A DNA stretch of 64,000 nucleotides from Nymphaea colorata (lineage: Eukaryota): assembly GCF_008831285.2 (NCBI RefSeq), contig NC_045138.2, positions 12,772,001-12,836,000 on the forward strand, read 5' to 3'. Shown piece after piece: positions 28,701 to 48,300 of the stretch (position 1 is its first letter; every line of letters begins with the position of its first letter). The notes under the pieces are model-generated. The model ran no database searches, was not told the origin of the DNA, and saw only the letters and a program-made list of their open reading frames with translations. Position numbers and translations under genes: made by a program.

Positions 28701-29603
28701 TTTTCCTTTTGATCCCTTATCATTTTTTTGTTGCTCCTCGTGGTATCAAGATGTCAATGTGTCCGAATATCTTATATGTTTCTCTAGGAAAAGTAAATAC
28801 CTATTCTTTTTTTTTTTTTTTTTTTTTGTAGGTAGACACAAGAGAGAGGCCTCTGTATAGGCTAAGGGCCTCCTTCCGGACAGAAAGATTGAGAGAGACT
28901 TGCATATGCCTGATCGGACAGTAAAAACTGTGCGCGTGGATGGGAAGAATTTGTTGTGCATGGAAGGTTCTATGTTTGCAGGGGAAGAAGATGTTGTTTG
29001 TGTAACAAGAGATGCAATACAATTTCTTCATTTCCTCATTTTCTAAGGGGCATATGAGTTGTTGTGAACAGCTTTCCACACTTTCCTTCCAAATCTCTTC
29101 AATTTTAAACGAATTCTAAAGAAAAACATTTCCCATTTTCTTTCCTTTCACTTTCTTTTTTCTTCCCATCCAATTCAAACAGCCTTCTACATAATCCTTT
29201 CACTTTCTTCCTCACTTTTCCTCCATTGAAACTCACACCCCTCTCCAGGCCCTTTTCTACCCCTTCCATCCCTTTTTCACTCATCCAAACAGTGTAGGAA
29301 AAGAACAAGTGGCAATTGAATAGTTCCCGAGCTTTGCAATGGAGGAGGGAGAAAAAAAAAATTCGGTATTTAAGCTAAGGTCTAAGGGTCTTCGCGTACT
29401 TTTTCATGATATTTTAACGTCTTTTGCAATATAGTTTAAGGTTGAGCGGCTTTTTTATAATTTTACACTTTTCCTTTTTTTTTTCTCTCTCTCTCTGAGA
29501 GGGGTTAGGGTCTGGAACTGGAAGGCGAGTGCCTACAAGGTGGGAGTTGGGGGTCCTCTCCTCCTTGGGAAGCCACATCTGGTGCTAGGAGAAGGGTGGA
29601 GAA

Positions 29604-35880
<6,277 letters not shown>

Positions 35881-37398
35881 GAAGGCAGTTAAATGTTTTT
35901 GCCTGCTGCTTAAGTGGATGGATGAAACATGAAATAAAAGTTCCGATCTGAAGAGGGTATCTTTTGATGACTTTGTCTATTTTTGTTTCTTGTATCAGAA
36001 TTCAAATCCATTGTAACTTCGTCCCTCCTTCCCTTGTTTATCTCGCTTCTGTTCGCTAACGTTTGACATCTATTGAAGAATAAACTTTGATGCAAGCTGT
36101 GGCCTTGATGCTTGCGTATCTAGATTCCCTTAATCTCATCTCCCATTGGGTTCACGTTAAATCATCCAAGTGACATTTTAGATCCCACCTTGTAGTAAAG
36201 CCTAAACCCCTGGCTTAAGTTACTAGCGCCCACAGATATACTGTCTGATATCCGCCGGCATCAGTCCTTGATTACAAATTGGAACCTCATTTCTTGAAAC
36301 TGGCGTCTTAAATAATATATCGCTTCACATTTAATTGGTAATTTAAGGGTGGATCTTTAAACCAAAACTTTGGTTTTTTTAGTCAGAGGAACACAGGTCT
36401 AAACTTAAGCCTAGGCCCTTGGACTTGTAGTTTAAGCAAGGTGACTTCATTAATTCCATTGAATGGACGTGAACTACTCCTCCATGAATTCTATTCTGAC
36501 TGCAGGTCTACCTAGGTTGGATGATCTTTATGGGTCGCTTGGCAATGGTAACACATTGTTATTATCTTATAAATTTGTCTTAAAAATATAACAGATTCAT
36601 TGCACATTTGTAATAGTTTTTATGAATTTGCATAAGTTTTTGCATTAGGTTTATGGAATAGTAACTGAATGTTAATGTTTTTTTAGTCCCAGCGAGTTTG
36701 CCACAAAACGGGTTGTGGTGCTGGACGGTCAAAACAATCCGGCCACTGCCGGCGGCAAGATGGTCAGAACTAGTAGCTCATCATGCTGGTGCCAGTCCGG
36801 CCATTTTTCTGCCAGCTACTGACGGGAACAGCCATCTGGTTTGGCCCTTTCCTCGTTATGCCATGTTCCAGTTACTGAGGCCAGAAAATGGGCCGTAACA
36901 GGCTACCCAAGAACAGCGGCCTTGTTGGTCCATCTTCACTAGCCGCCGGAAAATGTGTAGCCTTTTCTTTCAAAAGCATTTCAGCCAGCTTCTCGGCGAA
37001 TCAGCAATAGAGAAATGCGGGTTCGGTCATACAAGATAGGTAGGTGACCATAGCTGAGACATTTTCTGGCTGATACATGACCAAAAAATGACCACCATGC
37101 ATCCCTTTAAACAAGTTTTTCAACTGTTTTCTTTGCCAAATTCTATTCCGGCAGCCAAACAAATATGAAAAGCCTAGGTAGAAAGACGGGTCCTTTTCCT
37201 CCCTTGCTATCCGATCAAATGCGGCGCCACATGCTGGCATTTGGCCACCCAATCCCACAAATTTTAGTTATTTTTTATATTGGTGGTTTTCAATAATTAA
37301 TTTATTCATATGTTCTCTGCCTTCTAATTATTTGTCAAGTGCTCTTTCATTCATTTTATTATGTCTAAGACGTTTTCTGTACGAGTGCCTATTGGCAA

Positions 37399-37447
<49 letters not shown>

Positions 37448-38003
37448 CCCCGTGCGTTCCAAGATCTAGAAAAATATAAGGCTACTTAGAGTTCCCTTCC
37501 CCTCTTTTTATCTTTCTTTATATATATGTATAAGAAAATAGATAGCCTCCAGGTTATCATATACCAAATTTCATGAAAATTAATCATCTAAGCTATTGAT
37601 TGTAAGGAGATTAAATAATGAAAATTAAGTTGAAGACAGAATTTCACTTGAAGAAATTCGCTGGTTTCCTTCTTTCTCTCTCTAACTCTCTCTTCCATTG
37701 AAGGGTAATTTGGACTTTTTAAAAATAGCTTGGCTTTTATATTTACAACTTAATCATTATCGTCTTAATAACAGTGCTTAAAAAAACTCATTTGTTTCTT
37801 TTTTTTTCTCTTTAACTCTCCCCTCCTTTAAAAAGTACTTTAGTCTCTTAAAAAACTTCTTTGCTTTTATATTTACAACTTAATTTATGCAGTCTGATCT
37901 CATTGACATTGTAATAACAACTCATATTAAAGATATCTCTTCATTTCTTTCTTGCTCTTTCTCTTACACTCCCCTTCCTCTGTGGTATCTCTAAACCCTT
38001 GTG

Positions 38004-38105
38004 CCGTTTTTGTGTGGTCCCTGGTTGCAAAACTGCACCCTTCCATCGTTGCTACCGTTTTTGTGTGGTCCTTGGTTGCAAAACTGCACCCTTCCATCGT
38101 TGCTT
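38004..38105. repeat. Tandem duplication, 51 bp x2
   Basis: CCGTTTTTGTGTGGTCC(C/T)TGGTTGCAAAACTGCACCCTTCCATCGTTGCT occurs twice in tandem. Confidence 0.92.
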
Positions 38106-39043
38106 CCTTGCTAAGGTCGAGTTTCCGGTCTTGGGGCCAGTGAGGACTGCAAACCACTGCCGGTGTGTGGTCATTTTTCAACAAGAGGGACGAATTCATC
38201 CTCTTCTTTACTTTAGAAGGAGGTCTATGTTGCAGGTAACGGTTAGTGGTGGAGCTACATATCGGCTGATGTGGTCAGTTGCCCACACAAACTCCTCAAT
38301 TTTCTTTTATTTTTACATTAAAGTCTTTTAATATTTACTTTTGTTATATATTATGTAAGTGCCATTTCAAGTATAAGAACTGTTTTAAGATTTTTTTTTT
38401 TAACTCAGATGAACAGAGCACCTTTTCTCATTCTAGATCTCTTCAAGCTGCTTTTTCAGAACAGCTACATGTGGGTTCTGATATGTACCATTATTCGTGA
38501 GGCTGGGGTTTGGCGGCCAAGTGCGAAGTCAAGGAGGAGCTTGCATGGGCCCTGACCTGACCTTAATTTTTTCTTTTAAGAATTTTACATATAAATTTTA
38601 AAAATTTTACTTATTCTATATAAAATTTTTGAAAAATAATATTTTTATCCTTATCAAAATTTAAAAGCTTTAATTTGATCCATGAAAAAAGCTTTTGCTC
38701 CTGCTGGCGGCGGTCATGAGAAACTTCTTCTTCTTTTTTTGGTTTGTATAATAGTAAATATTTATTTCTGTTGTTATTTGATGTGCTATATTGCCTCTTT
38801 CCTATGTAAAATCGGTTAAATGTCGTCAAAATTTTTATGGGTCTCTCCTTCTAGCCTTTCCCAGACCGTTCAACTGTGTGGGAGTCGCCAGCTGAGGAGA
38901 GCGGAATGGGGTTCTATCACTTGGCCACAATTGGCCGAGGTGCTCTTTTCCAGAGAGCAGCTCGGCCAAAGCACTCTCAGCAAGGGTGCTCGGCAACGTC
39001 TGGCCGAGGCTGTCTCATGAATAATTAACAAGTCGCTTGGAGG

Positions 39044-41875
39044 TGTTCCCCTGAGTCAGGGTTATACAGTCTTTGCTTTTGTTTTAGTTGATTTCCTTTG
39101 TGTATGTTTGGGCCTTGGTGTAAGCTTGAGTGTTCATTTGCGTAGGAGCACCCTCCCAAGGTCCTTTGCAAGTGTATAGATTGGGGTTCCTAGCGTTGGT
39201 TGGTCGGCTTGAAAACTTTGTAAGTGGCTTCGGCCAACCTTTGTAAGTAAAGTGAAAAGCTTACTTGCTTCCCTCGTGATGTACTCATCTTGTTAAAGTG
39301 AATATATTGCGAGTTTTCTTTCGACACTCTTGTGTATTTTGTGTCTTTGTTTTCGAGAAAGTGTTCAAGTGATCTGCGCCCACTTGAACGAAGGCGAAGA
39401 CTTGTGGCTTACTGGCGAGAGTTTGCCGCGCCGCACGGGCTGAAGGAGTCGTCCCGTGACAACTGGTATCAGAGCTCAGATTCAGGTCAATCTGGGGAAG
39501 CGATTGGAGAGTCGGTGTAGATCGTCGCGCCGACTAGCTGCCGTTGAAGAAGGAGCCATGACATCATCATATAATCTGCGAGGTGCCAAAGGCAAGGAAC
39601 TGGCCCGTCCAGAGGAGGCGAGCCCAAGCCGTGGCCAGGGAAACCTGGAAGATACGGTGAACAGGTTGGTCGCAGATGTGGCCACCCATGAGGAAGCCCT
39701 CGGCTTTGCCGCCGAGACCTTTGAGGGATTCAAGGAGGAGATGAAGTTGATGCGAGAACAGATGGCCGAGTCAGTGGCCTTGAACCGTTCACTCTCCGAC
39801 TTGGTGAAGACCTTGCAGGACGAAGTTACTGAACTTCGGGCTTCAAATCAGAGACTGCTACGTATTAGCTCATCCAGCAGTAGCCATGAGAGGACCAGTA
39901 GGGTCGACGTTCAACGTCCGGTGAAGTACAGTGGTAGCCGGGATGCGAGGGCGATCGACAACTTTCTGTTTCAAGTGGACTACTACCTGGACTTGCAAAA
40001 CGTAGTAGAGGAGGACTTGAAGATCAAGACCGCAGTGATGTTGTTAGAGGGAGATGCTGTGGCTTGGTGGAGGCGAAAGATATTTGATGTTGAGAATGGC
40101 GATTGCACGATTGCTACCTTTGACGACTTCCGTAAACAGCTGAAGGGGTACTTCATGCCCGTAGATGCCAAGAGACAGACTTACCGGATGGTGGCGAACC
40201 TGAGACAGACAGATTCCTTGCGGGAATATGTTAGAGCCTATCAAAAGCTCATGTTGGATGAACATAAGATGCCAGAAAAGGATAAGCTTAACTGGTTCAT
40301 CATAGGGCTCCAATCTTGAGCCCAAGCCGATGTGGAGAGATCAGACCCGAAGACTTTGAAGCAAGCATATGTGGCAGCCGAGCGCTTGACAGATACCCAA
40401 CGCAAAAGCTACACTGAGACCTTCAAGCCTACGAGGGAGTCTGACCACAACGGTAAGGAGGAGCGACGAGACAGAAGTGGATCGTCATTTCAGAGGCAAA
40501 CTGGGGGAAGACAATTCTTTTGTAGGGATTACAATGGGCTACCAAGAGAAGTTACTTGTTGGGTTTGTGGGGAAAGGCATGAGGCACGCGTCTGCCCAAA
40601 GCGAGTAAGGCCGACAAGGCAGGCCAATGCTGCGAGGGCTACAGAGGCAAGCACTTCAAGGTCATCTGCCAATGCGCTACAAGGTGGAGATGTGAAAGAG
40701 TCCAAAATTAGGGCACTTAAACTTCTTCACGCCTTGACAAAAGAAGAGGAAACGAAGGTGACAACGACACCTTCAACGGAGCTCATGTGCATAGAGATTC
40801 TGGTGAACGGAAAACTTACCATCGCCATGGTAGACACGAGAGCCACGTACAATTTTATTTTGGAGAAGGAAGTCGGTAGATTGGGCCTTACCCGAGGAAA
40901 GGAAGAGTCACGCGTGAAGGCAGTGAACTCAGAGGCAAGACCGATCTACGCCATAGTCCGAGATGCAGTTGTGAAGATTGAGGGTTGGTCGAGTAGGTCC
41001 AACTTCTCGGTGGTTCAGACAGATGATTTCCAGATGATTATAGGCATGGAGTTCTTCTGCGCATCAAAGATGGTACCGATGCTGCACTTACGCAGTGTAA
41101 GTATCATGGACGAGAGACACCCTTGCATGGTCCCAGCCGTCCCAACAAGGAAGGATAAAGGAAAGGCCGTGGTAGTATCTACTCTTCAACAAAGGCAGGG
41201 CATAGACTCTAACAGAAGCCTTCCGGAACGAGACCTCACCGTGCAGCGAGTATCGCAGACCAAACAAGCAACAGATCGACGGGTGGAGAAGATTCTTCGG
41301 CAAAAAGCAAACTCTCGAGAGGAGCCGAAGAAATACCAAGTAAAGTGGATAGGCGAGCAAGACCCAACGTGGGAGTATGCGTTTTGCATGAAGCAGTGCT
41401 ACCCGTTGGACGTGAAGACCTATCACAGCAGATAGCGCCGAGGACGGCGCTTGTTTTGAAGGGGCGGAGGGGAGCCTGTTCCCCTGAGTCAGGGTTGTAC
41501 AGTCTTTGCTTTTGTTTTAGTTGATTTCCTTTGTGTATGTTTGGGCATTGGTGTAAGCTTGAGTGTTCATCTGCGTAGGAGCACCCTCCCAATGTCATTT
41601 GCAAGTATATAGATTGGGGTTCCTAACTTTGGTTGGTCGGCTTGAAAACTTTGTAAGTAGTTTCGGCCAACTTTGTAAGTAAAGTGAAAAGCTTACTTGC
41701 TTCCCTCGTGATGTACTCATCTTGTTAAAGTGAATATATTGCGAGTTTTCTTTCGACACTCTTGTATATTTTGTGTCTTTGTTTTTGAGAACTGCGCTCA
41801 CTTAAAAAAAAGTGAAGGCTTGCGACTTACTACTCACGAGAGCGCCGCACGGGTCGAAGGAGTCGGCCGGTGACA
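39044..41875 (+). mobile_element. Complete non-autonomous Galadriel-like LTR retrotransposon (2832 bp)
   Basis: LTRs 39044-39461 and 41477-41875 (TG...CA); perfect TSD GGAGG (39039-39043, 41876-41880); PBS TGGTATCAGAGC at 39464-39475; PPT at ~41458-41476. No RT, RNase H or integrase core. Confidence 0.95.
39558..41435 (+). pseudogene. Gag-zinc knuckle-aspartic protease-chromodomain fusion ORF with one in-frame stop (TGA 40317-40319)
   Basis: ORFs 39456-40319 and 40332-41435 share a frame. Motifs: gag YSGSRDARAIDNFLFQVDYY, CWVCGERHEARVC, protease AMVDTRATYNF (DTG to DTR), chromodomain VEKIL...YQVKWIGEQDPTWE. Confidence 0.85.
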
Positions 41876-41880
41876 GGAGG

Positions 41881-42136
41881 TGGGCCCAATAACCCTCGTC
41901 CCTGGTCGGGCGCTTTCCAAAGTGGTAATCAAACGAGCGGTGGCTTGAAGAAGTGAGGTGTCGGTGTGAGCAGAGTGCCAGGCCGGTGAATCGCACAGGT
42001 CTCTTGTCTCTCTCTCCCTGTTCTTCCTGGAGTCAGTCTCTCACTCTGCCTTTTTTTTTTTCCTGTGGACAGGAACCCGTCTAGGGGCCGTGAGATGCCG
42101 CAGCGCCGGAACATCGGCGTCGACACTCGGCTGTAG
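41881..42136 (+). promoter_or_regulatory. Probable promoter and 5' UTR exon of the downstream uncharacterised gene
   Basis: Site II motif TGGGCC at 41881, GC-rich then CT-rich leader, donor TAG|GTGCGT at 42136/42137 followed by U-rich intron sequence up to ~45239. Confidence 0.55.
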
Positions 42137-45100
42137 GTGCGTTTTGCCTTTCTTTCTCCCTCTCTTCCTAATGTTTCACTCTCGACGGACAGGGGGTTCA
42201 TATCTCTGCAGATTCTTTCTCTTGAGGACTTCCTGTTCGTATTTTGATTCTCCCATCTGCATGACCCAGATAGCTGCTTCAACTTTTCATCCGGCGATGC
42301 TTATGGATTTTATCTTTTCGTTTTTTTTTTGTGGGTGTCCGTTGACAGTTGATAAAATGTGGCAGACCAAGCGTTCGGTTGTTTACTCCTTGTGGGTTTC
42401 GGCGACACTTCGACTGTTTCTTTCTTCTTCGCTTTTATATTTTTACAAGTAAAGCATTCCTGGAGTGAGAATGGTTAACCTTGCACGACTCCGTCATTCT
42501 CCCGTATTAGAATTGTTCCCTTTGATGCATTGACCTCAATTCCTTTACGTGGATCTCTCAATTTTTAGACCTACCATATTAATTGAATTTATATTGTATG
42601 TCTTTAATCTCGAATTGTGCTTGGAACGCCCTCATTTATATTCTTTCTTTCGTTTTGACTTTTACGAATCCATGATTTCTCTTTTCTGAAAATTTGGAAC
42701 ATCCATCCTTAACGTAGCCATGTGTCTGATCATTGAATAAAAAACCGAGATTTTAATAGTTATGAAAGTTTAAAAAAAGAAAAAGAAAGAAAAACATATA
42801 TCTGCAATCTTCACTTCCTAGCTTACATAAGTGTATGTTTCTTTATTGTGTAAATGGAACATTAGAAGCCCCAAAAAGTTAGACCGTTGGTTTCTAGAAC
42901 CTTATAAAATCCTAGATGTACGAATGATAAATTATATTTTTAGTTAATTATTAAGCTTCCCGAATCCCAACACAGGGATTGACAGTATCCAGTGGCTAGT
43001 TTGCGAAGAGCATTCATTATATAACTTTTTATGTTTTTCTTCTGGTATGTTCTCTTTGTTTTTATTACGTCTGAACTTTTGAAGCTGTCCATAAATCAAT
43101 GGCAAAATTACCCTTTTTGGTTGAGTTTGACAGTTTTGTTGTCCAACTTAAGGTTCTTAACCTTTAAAAAAAAATGTTTTTGCCTGTGTTAAAGGGAAGT
43201 AAAGGATGAATTTGAAAATGTGTATATGAGAAGCTAAATCTGGAGTACAAGTAATAAGGCTTATATTGAAGAAAATCTGACGTTATACTGCATGTTGGTT
43301 ACTTCAGCTTGAATATGACTCTTGGTAAACCTCTTCCCTAAAGTTTCTTATGAGGCTGGTGAGTCACTGATTATGGCCGAGCCATAGATCTGACTTTGGT
43401 TCAAGCCGTCAGTTGACAGCTTTTGTTGCAGCATGTAGGCATCACTGGTGCTCATTCAATTGTATAAAAAATTCAATTGTATAAAAAATTGAAAATGAAG
43501 GAAATATTTTGCGTCTGCTGCTTATTATTTATTAATATGATAGACCAAATTGGACAGATAATTTCCAAGTGCTATTCTAAAAATTTAAAAAAAAATTGGA
43601 TCTATCAGTATCTTTTTTTTTCAATGATTGGAAGCATCCACCTTTCCAATCTGCCACCATCGAAAGATCCTGTCAGATACACTTTTATAGACAGTCCATT
43701 TATTAAATCTGCAGCATGTCTTTAGCAGTTTTGTTTCCCATGCAACGGGCAGCCGGCTCTGTATTTGCTTTTGAAACATAAAAGTTTTTGAACCAAACGC
43801 TTTTCTATCAGCTTTCTTGCTGTCCTCCACACCTTGCTAAAAATCACTTCATGTATTGATGTTCTTTTATGTATTTAGGTTATTGATCATCTGAAATTTT
43901 GACTGAAGAGTTGAAATATGGTCATTCTTGAGAAAGAAAAACTTGGAAGTGCCTGACTGAGATTTGTATTAATCTGTGGCTGTTTTTTTGTCTTGTAAAA
44001 TATGAAATGGATAATCGCCAGGTTAGCTTTTACATCGTGCTAAATATGCATTATTTTCCTTTGTTGATTAATTCAAAATGAACCATGTAACATATTGAGT
44101 CATAAACAACTAAATTCAAATGAACAACACTGAGTTGATTGTCAATTCAAATGAGCATGTAGACTAGTAAGTTGTTAACAAAGAAACGGGAGAGCCCTAC
44201 TTTTAGTTGTCTTTATGTTGTTCACCGATCTTTATCTTGATATCCAATGGAGTTGCAATTCTCTTGCATTTGTATACTATTGTATTGAAACCTGAACATT
44301 TCTCCCATTGACTTGCATGAAATTGCAAGCTACTTTCATCTCTATACTGAATAAGCCCTTACATAATATTCTCCTAGTAAGAAGTGCCACTGCTAGACAT
44401 ATCTTGAACCTGACATATGGCTTCATAGTTGGCTAAATATACTGCAATGCTGGTTTCCCAGCAATAAAAAAGTTTGGTAAGGAACTTTCTGTCTTGTTAA
44501 TCTACAAACAACTTCATTGACCATTTTTTGAAATTTGGTTGCTGCAAATTTGTATCCATTTTTTATTCTTCTGAATTGATCTTAAGTAAATCCCTATGAA
44601 CAAATGTTTGACCGGAAAAATGGGAATTTTTGTCATAGTCACTATGAAGCTGCAGTGACCTTTGCACCCTGGTGAAGTTCCTAACACCGCCAATGGGCTA
44701 CAAGGGCATTGGGATCCATTTCCAATTAACATTCCGTTCTGTCCACCTTGTATGGTAATATCAACCATCAGAATTTCTAAGTCAGGGAGGTTGGAGGGAA
44801 GGAACACAGGGCAGTGCCAACAGTTTGTTTACCAGTAGAAAGCCTTTTATTCTATTTACCATTCTTCCTATTGCAGTAAACATGTGAAAATGATCTGTGG
44901 AATTAATATTCTAGACTACCAAACAGATGCCCAATTTGGAAGTTCGGAACTTTTTCAATCTTCCAGCTATTCCAGAATTATAATTCTAGCACCATTGAAT
45001 GGGGGTTTTACTCTTTTCTTTGTTGTCCTTGCTTTCAGCTGTGGCTCAGCTTAAAAAGAAGAGAAAAGTTGTTGATGGCCTCTATGTCATTTCGTGGTTA

Positions 45101-45346
45101 TTTTTTCAATTTGCTTCTGGCACAAGGACATGATGAGTCTATATATGCTGTGGAAAGCAATATTTGTTATTATTGAGTTCCGATATCTTGCATGTCTCTT
45201 GCAAATACATAACACTTCTAATTTTGTTTCGTGTTACAGGCAATTTCTTGCGAAGATCTTGGTCTGATCAATGTGGAAATGATAGTTTTTCTCCTATTGG
45301 GAGCACTTAAGCACCACATATTAAGTTTGGAGCCCTTTTTTCCTAG

Positions 45347-48300
45347 ATGATGTCTCCTGCTCAGGCAATTGTTGAGGTCAAGGAAGAAAATAACCATGAG
45401 TTTTTTAACACGTCTGATGTAAAGGCAACCAGAATACATGAAAAAATGTCAACTGTTCTTGGGACAAATCAAGAGCTTTCTGATTTAGATAAGGACGTTG
45501 TGGATTCAGAGAAGGCACTGGATTGTGATTGTAATTTGAATGGTGTTGGTGATGAAGTGATTGATATTCTTGAAAATGCTGATACTGGCATGAGACTCTC
45601 TCCAACTGAGGGGACAACAGAATGTTCTAGTTCCTTCTCAAATACTGGCTCAAGTGGTGAAAGTTCTATTATGAATTCTGGTGATGCCGAAGTAGAATCA
45701 CAATACCATTGTGACAGCGATGTGTCAAGGTTGTTCATGAGGTATTTCTTCATGTGCTTTATCGTGTACTAAACTTTACCTTTTTAGGTTAACTTTGTTG
45801 GGTATATTAGTTGCTTTGCAAAACTAGATACTTTTTATTGTAAGACCTCAAAGGTAAACATGGTTAACTGCACATAAATTCCAATGCTTTCAGGCTCCAT
45901 TGTAATGTTTTTTATGTTATAAGTCATTTGATCTTTTTCTCAACAAGTAGTTTTCATGAGAAAATCTTGGGAAATGTTAGATGTTTTCAAATTAAAAATA
46001 TCTCCAAAATAGTTATATGAAATAACAGATTTTTATGGCACTTTACTGCACTATGGAAGAAAAATAATTAACAGTGTTTTAAAGAGAAATTTTTTTGGTT
46101 AAAATAGTAAAAAGTTTCAAAGATCTATCAGTGGTGTATCATTGACATGTGTAACTGCATTTGCATGCACACATAAACATTGCAAATATATTAAAATATT
46201 TCCTTAACTATTTTCGTGATAGATCACAATATTTTATATATCGCTGATATATGTGTCAATGCTTTGAAATATCTCCATTGCTTGAGACAAATTGCACCAT
46301 TATATCATGATAGTCTGTCAGCACTTCAGCTTGCCTCAGAATGAATTGTGCTTCCTACATGAAGGATCAAATTTAATAATTATTGTGTTTGAAACTTCCT
46401 ACAAAATCAACTGGTTCAGTATAGTTTCCAGGCACATGTTTGTTGGTTACTGCAATGATGCAGCAAACATTTGCTGCTTGAACTTTTTCTGTCCCTTCTT
46501 TTATGTGTACTTCCCCTGATAACTCCTGCTAGCAATTTCTTTGTGATACTTTTATGGTTGAGAAAGTCTTGATGGACTTCTGTGACAATATGAAGTTCTT
46601 TTTTTTGCTTTTGGTTTTATGAATGCCATAAATTTTCCTTTTGAAAATTATACATTGATGAGGAGTTAAGTTGTCAAAACGTGAACAATTCAAGACCCTA
46701 AAAAGTAAAAAGGCTAATCAGGACTACTTGGTCCAAGTCGATTATACACACACACACACACACACATATGCATGTACTTATATTGAACTAAAAACAAACC
46801 AAATATATATCTATGCATTCTACATATATTTATAGATCAGGGATTAGTTATCTGACCAAATAGTAGGCTGATTATTAACTAGTTTGACAAACTAGTTGCT
46901 AGTTTGAATATATGTTGATAACCTACTCAACTAAGTAGTTGGGCTAGTCGGCCAACTGGTTGGGATTTTAACAACTAAGAAGTGGAGATAATTGATTTAA
47001 CATGTGATAGTTCCTTGAATAGGGGAATATGTTATGATGGAAATTCTGTCTATGTCTCTTGTGCATAACCTGTGTTGATATTTTAGCAGAAAAAAGACAC
47101 TGACAGCCGATTGGAAGAAGTATCGTCGTCCTCTCATGTGGAGGTGCCATTGGTTAGAATTGCGGATGAAGGAGCTTCAATCTCAAACATCAAAATATGA
47201 TAGATTGCTTTTGGAAATAGGACATGGAAAGCAATTGAAATATACCCATGATACTTTAGGTAGTTCTGCTGCCAGGGTCGTTCCCTTTTCCAGCCAGTGT
47301 TTTGAAACAAGGATTAAGAAGAGAAGGAAAAGAAAACGAGTAGAGGATATGGTTGATGTACAATCACACATGTCAGCACACCCATTATTCTCTTATTATG
47401 GTACTTATCTTAGAACTGTACATGCAGCTGTCTGATCGGTCAATTTTGTGTATAATTTTTTCTATAACCTTTGCAGAAAAGAAGAAGAAGGTTGACACTG
47501 ATGGCATTGAGGATGATTGCAGTAGTGTCCCAGGTACAAAAGTTTTCTCTTTTCTTTTTCCCCTTTTTTTTGGTGCACTCAGGCACACACCTGTATGTGA
47601 ACTTGATTTTTAAAGCATTAAAAATCTATCAAAAATGATCTTTCTACATGTATAGATAAGAATTATAAGATTTTAAAATCAATGGTCTGATTTTCTTTTG
47701 GCTTCTAAAACTCATCTTCCTTGTCCAAAAGCATGTATTTGTTGTTGGTTAATATGTTTTTGGACCAGTGTCACAGATATTGCAATATTGTTTATATTAA
47801 CAGCAAAAATGAGAAAAACGAAAAATGAGAAAAAGTCTCGATATTTTGAAAAATAATGTGAAAAATAAACTATCGCCTTTTTATCGTGATTTTTTGTGCC
47901 TTTTTCATGATTTTTTCTGTTGTATGTTTTTTAACATTAAAATCATCGTTGATTCAAATTTAAACTTGAACTAAATTATTTGTCATTATTTTTAACATCA
48001 TTGAAACATTCTTCGTATTGCAGTTTATTTTATGTCTTCTTATTATGTTCCCATTTATTTTATTTTTATCTAATGTTTAGAAATTTTTAATTTTTTAAAG
48101 TTTGCCACAATTTTCCTGAGATTTTTCCAAGCAAAACTGCTTTGCCAAAAAATACCCGAGAAGAACCTCGCCGTTAACAACCCGAGAACGGTATTTGTGA
48201 CAATCTTTTGAACATGCAGATTACATCTGACTAATTGTTCTGGAAAACCCTTAAAAGGAATGGCTCCTGACTGCGACGTTCACGGTCGTTCTATGCATAG

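Noticed and set aside
36200..36209. CCTAAACCC as a telomerase RNA template
   Set aside because: It lies between the USE-like and TATA-like motifs, upstream of any predicted TSS.
40317..40319. Programmed stop-codon readthrough between gag and protease
   Set aside because: The TGA sits inside gag at a normally Trp position (GLQxW), so it is best explained as a G-to-A mutation.
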